IMG/VR virus record: IMGVR_UViG_3300012232_000038
Location: 1 to 30,305 of that record
Origin: a virus
Lineage: Duplodnaviria > Caudoviricetes
DNA length: 30,305 nt
Reading direction: 5' to 3' (one strand)
The notes under the pieces were generated by a model. It saw only the letters and a list, made by a program, of their open reading frames with translations, had not been told where the DNA came from and searched no databases. The position numbers were made by a program, and so were the translations under genes. This document shows, piece by piece, positions 1-7,006 of the stretch (the stretch's first letter is position 1; each line of letters opens with the position of its first letter).

Positions 1-144
1 GGCATGCAGGCGCTCTACCACTGCAATCAGTTGATTCTGCTGCTGGAGAACGATCTGGCTCCGAAGTCGGATTCGTTTGCTGCCGGCATGGATCGGTTGG
101 TCGGGTTGTGGAGCGAGGTCCAAGCAGGGAGCCGGGTCAGGTAA
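1..144 (+). CDS. 3' fragment of a phage protein, possibly the C-terminus of a ParB-like protein
   Basis: Open frame from base 1 (GMQALYHCNQLILLLENDLAPKSDSFAAGMDRLVGLWSEVQAGSRVR) ending TAA 142-144. The GM..LY..NQLI.L.ENDL pattern recalls C-termini of phage ParB-like proteins (from memory, weak). Confidence 0.5.
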   Translation, partial: GMQALYHCNQLILLLENDLAPKSDSFAAGMDRLVGLWSEVQAGSRVR

Positions 145-248
145 GGCCTGGCACGGCATGGCCGGGCATAGCGAGGTAGGGCAGGGAGCGTGGCGATGCC
201 TGGCGTGGCCGGGCATGGCCGGGCATGGCGAGGCAGGGCGAGGCAGGG
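130..248 (+). repeat. GGY-NN pentanucleotide array in two tracts (VIPR-like guide array candidate)
   Basis: Strict 5-nt phase. Tract 130-186: AGCcg GGTca GGTaa GGCct GGCac GGCat GGCcg GGCat AGCga GGTag GGCag GG. Tract 187-248: AGCgt GGCga TGCct GGCgt GGCcg GGCat GGCcg GGCat GGCga GGCag GGCga GGCag GG. Confidence 0.85.
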
Positions 249-256
249 GTTGTACG

Positions 257-284
257 GCCCCTAAGTAATCGGGGCTCCAGGGGC
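257..284 (+). terminator. GC hairpin between the array and the convergent leftward genes
   Basis: GCCCC 257-261 pairs with GGGGC 271-275, or GCCCCT with AGGGGC 279-284. No U-tract. Confidence 0.35.
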
Positions 285-300
285 GGGTGTGGTGGCTGGT

Positions 301-504
301 TCAGCGATCGTTCCGCCCCTTATTCTTGGCCGTGAACATCAACCAGGCGGCTCGTTCTATCCATCTCGCCTGGACCTCACGGCGCTTATTCACAGGATAA
401 CCGGCCAGGAACCCTCGGTTATTCATCCCGAACAAGCGGTAGAAATCGAGGAGCCGTCTTATTCGCCAGACAGACTGGATCTGCTCAGACGTCAGACCGA
501 TCAT
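301..504 (-). CDS. hypothetical protein
   Basis: 67 aa ORF overlapping the end of the upstream minus-strand gene. Confidence 0.5.
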   Translation of the reverse strand: MIGLTSEQIQSVWRIRRLLDFYRLFGMNNRGFLAGYPVNKRREVQARWIERAAWLMFTAKNKGRNDR

Positions 505-775
505 TCTGTTTCATCTGGTAGAAGGTGGCGACGGCGAAGCGTTGGCGGGAGGGATCGAGGTAGCCGAGGCCGAGCCAGAAGCCACAGTTGCGGGCTTCGA
601 AGTTGCGCTCCAGGGCCCCGGCCAGCTTCCCTTCTAGGTGAAGTTCGCGCAGGGCGACCAAACGCTCTTTGGCCTGATTGTGCTCTTGCTGGAACTCGGG
701 CAGCAGGTTCCAGACGCCGAGTTGTTCGGAGATGTGGACGATCGGCTTCCAGTTCTCGCCACTCAGGTGATCCAT
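485..775 (-). CDS. hypothetical protein
   Basis: Protein-like ORF. ATG at 775 (MDHLSGEN...) is better spaced from GGAGG than ATG 784. Confidence 0.6.
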   Translation of the reverse strand: MDHLSGENWKPIVHISEQLGVWNLLPEFQQEHNQAKERLVALRELHLEGKLAGALERNFEARNCGFWLGLGYLDPSRQRFAVATFYQMKQNDRSDV

Positions 776-885
776 GCTCGGCATCCCTCCAGGGCAGCCT
801 CATCGAGTTGGATCTTGCCCGAGTCCTGGAGGTAGATCGGCCATCCCACTGCTCCCGCCAGACCAGCGAAAGAGGCGGTTTTCAC
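763..885 (-). CDS. small hypothetical protein (40 aa)
   Basis: GTG directly after the stop of 886-1200. MKTASFAGLAGAVGWPIYLQDSGKIQLDEAALEGCRAWIT fills the gap in the operon. Confidence 0.45.
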   Translation of the reverse strand: MKTASFAGLAGAVGWPIYLQDSGKIQLDEAALEGCRAWIT

Positions 886-1200
886 CTAGAGGTCCAAAGA
901 TGCTTGGGGCAACGCTTTGGGGTGGGCTTTCTTGACCATCGGCTTCCTGGTAGCCCGCTTTTTCAGGAGAATCTCGGCGTTTTCAAAGGCTTCCTGAAAG
1001 GTTTTGCCGCGCGCCAACACCCGAGAACCTATGCCACGAGGCGGATCATCCTCTCGGATTCCAACCACCGCCCAGGTCACATACTTGCCAAGGGCCTGGC
1101 TGTAGATCTTGTCCCACCGCGCCCAACCTCCCCACACCGCCCAGCGTCGCTTCGCTTCCGACCTGGCTAGTTTTAGTTCTTCTTGTTCAGCGCTTGTCAA
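886..1200 (-). CDS. hypothetical protein
   Basis: 104 aa ORF with a basic C-terminus, first long gene of the leftward unit. Confidence 0.6.
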   Translation of the reverse strand: MTSAEQEELKLARSEAKRRWAVWGGWARWDKIYSQALGKYVTWAVVGIREDDPPRGIGSRVLARGKTFQEAFENAEILLKKRATRKPMVKKAHPKALPQASLDL

Positions 1201-1408
1201 GCTGGGCCCCCTGCCTAGGATTGGGCTAGCTTCGCTCGTCTAGTATCATACTCAGTAGTGTAATATAAGACAGAAGAAGAAGATACACCCCCAGGCCCAC
1301 CTAAAAGCCAGGTTGTTTCCGCTTCGCGTAGGTGTCAAGGGGTCACGGCGAAGATTTGACAATCTCGACGGGTTTTCCGAGAGTCACGACGGCGGCTTTC
1401 ATGGCCGG

Positions 1409-1437
1409 ATTCTACCCCGAAAATAATCTCCTTGCAA
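1409..1437 (-). promoter_or_regulatory. sigma70-type leftward promoter TTGCAA-17-TAGAAT
   Basis: -35 at 1437-1432, 17-nt spacer 1431-1415, -10 TAGAAT at 1414-1409. Confidence 0.7.
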
Positions 1438-1460
1438 CGCCCACGTTGGTGCATTATGGT
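1432..1460 (+). promoter_or_regulatory. sigma70-type rightward promoter TTGCAA-17-TATGGT
   Basis: -35 at 1432-1437, spacer 1438-1454, -10 at 1455-1460. The first hairpin of the structured region begins at 1466. Confidence 0.6.
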
Positions 1461-1465
1461 TGACT

Positions 1466-1618
1466 CATCCCCCAGCGATAGGGGCGATGGGAACCCGTTC
1501 ACGCACGGGTTCGACGTGCCGAGACCCCGGAGGTGAGCCGAAAGGACGCGGCCTCCCTAGGCCCCTTCGGGGCTCTCGGTTAAGAACCTTTAAGACCGGC
1601 GGGCTTATTAAAGGCCGG
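1466..1618 (+). ncRNA. structured non-coding RNA or 5' leader, family unknown
   Basis: Consecutive stems 1466-1489 and 1491-1512, a multibranch 1519-1579 with GAAA and UUCG loops, and stem 1587-1614. Lies directly downstream of a promoter. Confidence 0.6.
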
Positions 1619-1619
1619 C

Positions 1620-1650
1620 TTGACGACACAACGTAGCGGGTATACGTTGT
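1620..1650 (+). promoter_or_regulatory. promoter TTGACG-17-TACGTT with overlapping inverted repeat
   Basis: -35 at 1620-1625, -10 at 1643-1648. ACAACGTA (1628-1635) and TACGTTGT (1643-1650) are a perfect inverted repeat. GGAGG RBS at 1655-1659. Confidence 0.6.
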
Positions 1651-1664
1651 CATCGGAGGTCCGC

Positions 1665-1838
1665 ATGGCTGGCTACGCGAAGCGCCCCGCTCCGAAGCGT
1701 AGACTCCCCGTCGTTGAGCCCCGCTCCGACGCAGGATTCCTCGTCACCCGCGACACCACCACCGTCAAGCCCCCATCAGCGGAAGAACTGCGTCGCATGA
1801 AAAAGCGCGAGTACCAGCGCCGGAGGAATGTGATCTGA
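1665..1838 (+). CDS. small basic protein (MAGYAKRPAPK...)
   Basis: GGAGG RBS before ATG 1665. Stop overlaps the next ATG. N-terminus shared with 15436-15645. Confidence 0.7.
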   Translation: MAGYAKRPAPKRRLPVVEPRSDAGFLVTRDTTTVKPPSAEELRRMKKREYQRRRNVI

Positions 1839-1984
1839 TGCCGCTTAAAAAGGGCTCCAGCAAGCAGACCATCAGCCAGAACATCAAGACCGAGATGGCC
1901 CACGGTAAGCCGCAGAAGCAGGCGGTCGCGATCGCCCTCAACACCGCCCGCAAGTCCGGGGCGAAGATCCCTCGTAAGAAGTAA
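1838..1984 (+). CDS. small basic phage protein, DUF6496-like (48 aa)
   Basis: MPLKKGSSKQTISQNIKTEMAHGKPQKQAVAIALNTARKSGAKIPRKK. The KQAVAIAL motif is widespread near phage packaging genes. TGATG and TAATG overlaps. Below the ORF-track cutoff. Confidence 0.8.
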   Translation: MPLKKGSSKQTISQNIKTEMAHGKPQKQAVAIALNTARKSGAKIPRKK

Positions 1985-2196
1985 TGGCCCGCGCTCAAGC
2001 CAGAATCTTCCGCATCAACAACCCCGCCGGATGGGCGTGGTCGTTCGATCGGCTCGACACTCCGGACGCCGGGATCGACAACTTCGCCACCGCCGTCAGC
2101 CCCAACGCGGCCCTCGATGCCATCAAGCCACTGATCCAGGTTATGCCCGGCACGCTGTCCAAGATCGACTTCGTCGCGGACACCTTCGAGCCATGA
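1984..2196 (+). CDS. hypothetical protein
   Basis: 70 aa, coupled by TAATG overlap, GC3-rich codons. Confidence 0.7.
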   Translation: MARAQARIFRINNPAGWAWSFDRLDTPDAGIDNFATAVSPNAALDAIKPLIQVMPGTLSKIDFVADTFEP

Positions 2197-2393
2197 TCCT
2201 GTTCTACGACGACGACATCGACGTCATCGTCAGAATCGGCCGTCCACCAGAGTTGGCGGCGGCCATGACGCAGAGCAAGGTCGCTCAGTCATGCGTCGGG
2301 GAAGGAGGCGATAGCAATGTTCTGGTTGCTGGTCCTCATCAACTTCACGGACCTGGGGAGGCCGAGCACCGTACAGTCGATTCCGGCGGATGA
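2193..2393 (+). CDS. hypothetical protein
   Basis: ATGA overlap with the previous stop (MILFYDDDIDVIVRIG...). The 3' part overlaps the next candidate. Confidence 0.4.
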   Translation: MILFYDDDIDVIVRIGRPPELAAAMTQSKVAQSCVGEGGDSNVLVAGPHQLHGPGEAEHRTVDSGG

Positions 2394-2478
2394 GGTCGTT
2401 CATACGACTCCGATGATCGACTGGGATGCCTGGAAGGGTGGTGACCGAAACCCCTACCAGTACAACGACAGACCGTAA
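2317..2478 (+). CDS. small hypothetical protein (53 aa)
   Basis: AGGAGG at 2303-2308 before ATG. Sequence MFWLLVLINFTDLGRPSTVQSIPADEVVHTTPMIDWDAWKGGDRNPYQYNDRP. Confidence 0.45.
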   Translation: MFWLLVLINFTDLGRPSTVQSIPADEVVHTTPMIDWDAWKGGDRNPYQYNDRP

Positions 2479-2579
2479 ACTCCAAAACTGACGGTCCGAT
2501 CACAGCAGGGCGGGGGCGAGGGTTGTTACGAGGGGGAACCTGAGCCAACGCCCTGACTATTTCCAGGGAAGGAGCGGCG

Positions 2580-3005
2580 GTGAACTGGCTGATCAGCTTG
2601 CGGATACTCTTGCGTATCCGCCGGGTCCCTGACAAAGTCGGTGCGATCAGCCTGCGCGCGGTGCTGATCCCGAAATCCTCCATATCGAAAGGGAGTTCGA
2701 TAATGGCCATCACCCCGATCACTTGCGACCTGGCCCACGATGTCCTCTACGCCGCCACGCCCACGGCTGGCGGGAATCCGGTCCCGGCTACCTTGGCCTG
2801 GGCCTCCAGCGACACCGCCATCCTCGAACTGATCGTCAGCCCCGACACCCTGGGATGCCTTGCGATCACCAAGGCGGTCGGCGTCGCCACCGTCACCGTT
2901 TCCAGCGGGTCGGTCTCCGAGTCCCAGGAGGTCACGGTGGTCGCGATCCCGCCGCCCCCGGTGGACGCCATCGGGCTGACCAGCACCATCGTGCCCAAGG
3001 CGTGA
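2580..3005 (+). CDS. Ig-like (Big_2-type) domain protein, alternative start at 2703
   Basis: WASSDTAI...G..AITKAVGVATVTVS...QEVTV matches the Big_2 pattern. RBS-like sequences precede both GTG 2580 and ATG 2703. Confidence 0.7.
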   Translation: MNWLISLRILLRIRRVPDKVGAISLRAVLIPKSSISKGSSIMAITPITCDLAHDVLYAATPTAGGNPVPATLAWASSDTAILELIVSPDTLGCLAITKAVGVATVTVSSGSVSESQEVTVVAIPPPPVDAIGLTSTIVPKA

Positions 3006-3044
3006 GGCTCACCATGCCTTGGAGCAAGGCGTAAACCCCCATCG

Positions 3045-3923
3045 ATGGCTCACGTCGAGTACGGCTGTCCGAACTGCGAATCCGTGATGTACCGCAGCCG
3101 GACGGCCGTTTCGTCGTTGGACTTCAAGCCGCTCCAGACCATCACCTGCAAGAACTGTCTGGCCCAGGTGCCGTGGTTCGAGATGATCCGTAAGTACCTG
3201 AGGACTGAATCGTTGGGGGGTGGCGGGGCGCAGTTTTCAGGCACTCCACCAACTGTGGTGGGATCGGGATCGTTCTACGACGAGACCCACAACACCACCG
3301 TCGTCACGATTCCGGCGGTGACCGCCCTAGCCGGGCAGACGATCCTGGTGGCGGCGATGATCTCGGATGATATCGGGGCTACCGGAGCGGTGATGTTGTG
3401 GAACGGACTCAATCCGGATGGAGCAGATGAGTCAACCACCGGAACACCCACCGCGGGGGGATCGTATTATGCCGCTATCGACGTGGTGTCGTCGGCAACC
3501 AGCGACGTTACGATCACCTGCAATAACCCATTTTCTACCATCAACTCGTGCGCCGCCGTGGCGCTCGTGGTCCCAAACACGAGAGCGCCATCAATGGACG
3601 CGGTGGCCGTTCGTAGCTCGTTCGGTAGCGGAACCGGGACCACGTCATCAACCAGCCAGGACGGAACGCCTAGCCGGATTCCAGCTATCGCCATCGCTGC
3701 TAATGGCACCCTGGGACCACTGGGCGACGTTGCGGGTTCCTGGACCGACTCTTTCATGGACTTAGTTCGGGTTGGCACGGCCGGGGCGACCGACACCAAG
3801 AACAGCACGATGTCGGTTGGATTCAAGTTCCTGACTAGTCAGATTCCGGTAAACGTCGGCAAGGCGGGGTTTACCAATCGTCAATGGTGCGTGATCCAGC
3901 GCCCACTGAAGCTGGTGGGATGA
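3045..3923 (+). CDS. Zn-ribbon N-terminus plus beta-rich C-terminal domain (putative virion accessory/adhesin)
   Basis: CPNC...CKNC, a Gly linker, then a Thr/Ser/Gly-rich beta-type domain. Confidence 0.75.
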   Translation: MAHVEYGCPNCESVMYRSRTAVSSLDFKPLQTITCKNCLAQVPWFEMIRKYLRTESLGGGGAQFSGTPPTVVGSGSFYDETHNTTVVTIPAVTALAGQTILVAAMISDDIGATGAVMLWNGLNPDGADESTTGTPTAGGSYYAAIDVVSSATSDVTITCNNPFSTINSCAAVALVVPNTRAPSMDAVAVRSSFGSGTGTTSSTSQDGTPSRIPAIAIAANGTLGPLGDVAGSWTDSFMDLVRVGTAGATDTKNSTMSVGFKFLTSQIPVNVGKAGFTNRQWCVIQRPLKLVG

Positions 3924-4669
3924 GCCATATCGAGTACCTGTGCGCCAAGTGCAAGAGCGTCCTGAACCGCGGCCTCAGCCTCTACTCCGACAAGAGCTTT
4001 CATCCGCTCCAGAAGATCCGCTGCCGTCGCTGCGGCTACACCATGAAGTGGTACGAGATGATCGAGCGCAAGACCCGGGTCAAGCTGGAGGGCGGGCCGC
4101 TGGTGATTCCAAGCCTCCAACAGACCCTGTTTGCTACGGGTGGCAGAGAGATCCTGATCGCCGATGACTTCGGCGGCGACTCGCTGATCGAGAACTTCGA
4201 TGTCAATACCGCCGCCGGAACCCACGATGGCAGCGATGTCACCCAAGACTCGGCGCACTGGCTAGATGGCTTCCTGACTGCCTCCAGCGGTCACGTCGAA
4301 GTCATTTATGCAATGGACCCGGTGACATTCACTGGCGCAATCGACTTCGTCCGCTGGCATCTCCGCGCCTGGTTCGAGGAGTTGAGCGGCACGGCCCATA
4401 TTCGGCAGATCAGCGGGGTCTGGGTGGTGGCAGGTTTTGGAGCGACCAATACGGTAGCGACCAGGAACATGACCGGCATCAACAGTCCGACCGGCATCGA
4501 CCTCGACGTGACCGTGAACCCCAACACCGGCCAGCCGTGGACTGCGGCGCAACTCAACACCCGGAGCTTTGGGATGCAGTTGGATCACTTTACGCTGGAC
4601 CCGGCCGGGACCGGAACCGAGACCTTCATGCGGTGCAGCGAGTTCTGGATCGAAATCTGGGGGCACTGA
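3920..4669 (+). CDS. Zn-ribbon N-terminus (paralog of 3045-3923) plus different beta-rich domain
   Basis: ATGA overlap. CAKC...CRRC. NPNTGQPWT motif in the C-terminal domain. Confidence 0.75.
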   Translation: MSHIEYLCAKCKSVLNRGLSLYSDKSFHPLQKIRCRRCGYTMKWYEMIERKTRVKLEGGPLVIPSLQQTLFATGGREILIADDFGGDSLIENFDVNTAAGTHDGSDVTQDSAHWLDGFLTASSGHVEVIYAMDPVTFTGAIDFVRWHLRAWFEELSGTAHIRQISGVWVVAGFGATNTVATRNMTGINSPTGIDLDVTVNPNTGQPWTAAQLNTRSFGMQLDHFTLDPAGTGTETFMRCSEFWIEIWGH

Positions 4670-5292
4670 TGAGCGATCTGACCATGGACCGAGATGTCAT
4701 GCTGGACCGAATGGAAAAGGCCAGGTCCAAACGCTTACCCGATAGGTCTATGCCGAAACCCGAACCAGAGAAGAAGCGCTTCACCGCCGATGAGATCGAA
4801 CAGTTCCTGCACGAAATCGCCGCCGATCCCAGCTCGGGAGCCGATCGGTTCCGCGCCATCAAGATGCTCCGCGGCCAGGGCGAGGCCGAAGGGGACGCTC
4901 TATTGGCTGACGAGGACGTGCAGAACTTCCTGACCATCGAGATGAAGGCGCTCGGCTCGGTCCGGGTGCAGGCGGCCTACAAGAAGGCTTTTCCGAGCCA
5001 GAAGGCCCCGGAGTTCTCTGAGCCCAGGATCGACGAATCCATGCTCTCCAAGGAGGCGATGGAGCGGGTTCGCCGTTGCCTCAACCTGAGGCTGCTATAC
5101 AAGATTTACCCACAGACCAAGCGCAGTGGGTTTCCACCCGGGTATCCGGTTGGCCGTGGGGTAGAAGTCATCAAGGAGTGGGCGCAGCGCATGGCCATGA
5201 AGATTGAGGTGGACCGCGAGATGGCCGTCATCGGACCAAGGAAGGTCAATGGGAACCCAGGGCTGGAGATCCAGCCAGACGCTCCACGGTGA
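4669..5292 (+). CDS. putative terminase small subunit
   Basis: TGATG overlap. Helical charged protein immediately upstream of TerL. EIEQFLHEIA...DRFRAIKML resembles the TerS oligomerisation region. Confidence 0.55.
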   Translation: MSDLTMDRDVMLDRMEKARSKRLPDRSMPKPEPEKKRFTADEIEQFLHEIAADPSSGADRFRAIKMLRGQGEAEGDALLADEDVQNFLTIEMKALGSVRVQAAYKKAFPSQKAPEFSEPRIDESMLSKEAMERVRRCLNLRLLYKIYPQTKRSGFPPGYPVGRGVEVIKEWAQRMAMKIEVDREMAVIGPRKVNGNPGLEIQPDAPR

Positions 5293-7006
5293 TCCCAAGG
5301 CCAGACGGGCTCTAATCCGCCACGTCTGCCTCAAGGACTTCTGGGCGTTCTTCTGCTACGGCTTCGGGGCCTACGTGAACCCCAAGGGCGAGCGCTGGAT
5401 CGACCCCGAGGTCCACGAGCCGATGGCGCGCTGGTTTCAGAAGCACGTCGATGATTGGTTCCAGAAGCGCGAGAAGGGCCGGGGCGAGCAGAAGCATCTC
5501 GCCATTCTGGTCCATCGCGAGGTCGGCAAGACCACCATGTTCACCCTGGCCGGGCAGGCATGGCTCCATCTTCGTGACCCGGAGATCAGCACCTACATAG
5601 GCTCAGAATCACTGAAGCAGTCCCAGGACATGCTGGCCGCGATCAAGGCCGTGCTCGATGGCTCGGACCCCTACGCTCTGTTCCCCAAGCTCTACGGCAA
5701 CTGGTCCAGTCAGGCGAGAACCTGGACCGGGGTTCAGGTGGTCCATGCTGCGAGGAAGAACACCGCGCGCCGCGACCCCAGCATCGGCACTTTCGCGGTC
5801 GAGACCAGCATCGTCGGTGCCCATCCGGACGCCATCTTCTATGACGATCCGATCAGCTATCCCAGACTCAGAAGCGACACCAACTGGCTCAATGCGGTCA
5901 ATGTTCAGGTCGACTCCCTGATTCCGGTCATCCAGTCGGACGGACTGGTCGTCTGGATCGGCACCCGCTACGACGACATGGATCACTTCGGCCGGGCGTT
6001 CCGCGAGCAGGGGGTGGCGACCCTGGAGGGCATGGAGACCGACTCCATCACCCCGACCGTGGATGGCATGTGGCACGCCTACTTCATGGCCGGACGAAAG
6101 CGGGAGACTAACCAGGAACACCCCAAGGGCATCCCCAGCACCCCCAAGGTCTGGTCCGAGCGCCGCATGGCGAGCTACGAAAAGACCAACCCGATTGAGT
6201 ACGCCTCCCAGGTCATGAACGATCCGACCAGCTCCGGCCACAATCCGCTGACCATCGAACAGACCAGGCAGAGGCTCGTCAAGGCTAGCGACGTGCCCTG
6301 GAGCAGTCTCCGCTACGCCATCTGCTGCGATACCGCCTTCTCAGACGGCCACCGCATCGTGGGCAAGGACGAGACGGTGATGATCGTCCACGGCTACCCC
6401 CGAAACGGCTCCGGGGACGTCTACGTCATCGAGGGCTACGGAAGCTCAACCTGGAGGGCGGAGGACTTCGCCAACCAGTTGATCGCCCTGGTCCAGCGCT
6501 ACCGCAGGATGGGAAGGCATGTGTTCGCAATCACCGACGAGGTCACCCACGCCGGCAAGAAGGAGGCATGGAACATGGCCCTGGTCAGCCGGTTCAACGA
6601 CGCCGGCATCCCGATGCCCAGAGGCAAACTGATGGAGTTCCGCCGCGGCGGAAGTCAGGGTCGGAAGGGGGGCAACGACGGGAGACTGGTCACCGCCGCC
6701 AGCTTCTGGGTGGACAACCACGTCTGGTGCGTCGAGGGAGCCCCCGGGATCGACCGGTTGATGAGCCAGATGGCCCAGATCGGCCAGTACCTAATCAACG
6801 ACAAGATCAAGATTGACTGGGCCGATGCGCACGCCGATGCGTTCCAGCCCGATCTTTACCAGCCCATGCTCCGACACGAACGCAAGGGCGGTCTGCTGTC
6901 CGGAGCAAGGATCATCGAGGAGGACGGCGTGGACGGGCGGATGTGGATGGACGACGAATACAGCCAGTGGCGAGACGAGAATCCGAGACCTCCGGAGGGC
7001 CGGTGA
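5249..7006 (+). CDS. terL: terminase large subunit
   Basis: Walker A HREVGKTT, Walker B IFYDDP, GTRY coupling motif, RNase H-like nuclease acidic motifs ICCDTAFS, DETV and DWADA. RBS before ATG 5249. Confidence 0.92.
   Translation: MGTQGWRSSQTLHGDPKARRALIRHVCLKDFWAFFCYGFGAYVNPKGERWIDPEVHEPMARWFQKHVDDWFQKREKGRGEQKHLAILVHREVGKTTMFTLAGQAWLHLRDPEISTYIGSESLKQSQDMLAAIKAVLDGSDPYALFPKLYGNWSSQARTWTGVQVVHAARKNTARRDPSIGTFAVETSIVGAHPDAIFYDDPISYPRLRSDTNWLNAVNVQVDSLIPVIQSDGLVVWIGTRYDDMDHFGRAFREQGVATLEGMETDSITPTVDGMWHAYFMAGRKRETNQEHPKGIPSTPKVWSERRMASYEKTNPIEYASQVMNDPTSSGHNPLTIEQTRQRLVKASDVPWSSLRYAICCDTAFSDGHRIVGKDETVMIVHGYPRNGSGDVYVIEGYGSSTWRAEDFANQLIALVQRYRRMGRHVFAITDEVTHAGKKEAWNMALVSRFNDAGIPMPRGKLMEFRRGGSQGRKGGNDGRLVTAASFWVDNHVWCVEGAPGIDRLMSQMAQIGQYLINDKIKIDWADAHADAFQPDLYQPMLRHERKGGLLSGARIIEEDGVDGRMWMDDEYSQWRDENPRPPEGR

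Noticed and set aside
130-248. CRISPR array
   Set aside because: No 23-50 nt direct repeats with unique spacers, and no cas genes in the window.
77-268. 63-aa ORF with AWHGMAGHG repeats
   Set aside because: It is the translation of the 5-nt-period GGYNN array. A period of five argues against coding.
289-1170. 293-aa plus-strand ORF
   Set aside because: Arg/Ser-rich shadow frame antisense to a tiled set of more plausible minus-strand genes.
1503-1556. tRNA (GGTTCGA) or SRP RNA (CC-GAAA-GG) identity for the structured region
   Set aside because: No cloverleaf or acceptor stem. The SRP CAGG/AGCA symmetric loop is not present.
2508-2536. G-quadruplex-like G runs in the intergenic region
   Set aside because: One loop is 9 nt and G runs are expected at this GC content. 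No further support.
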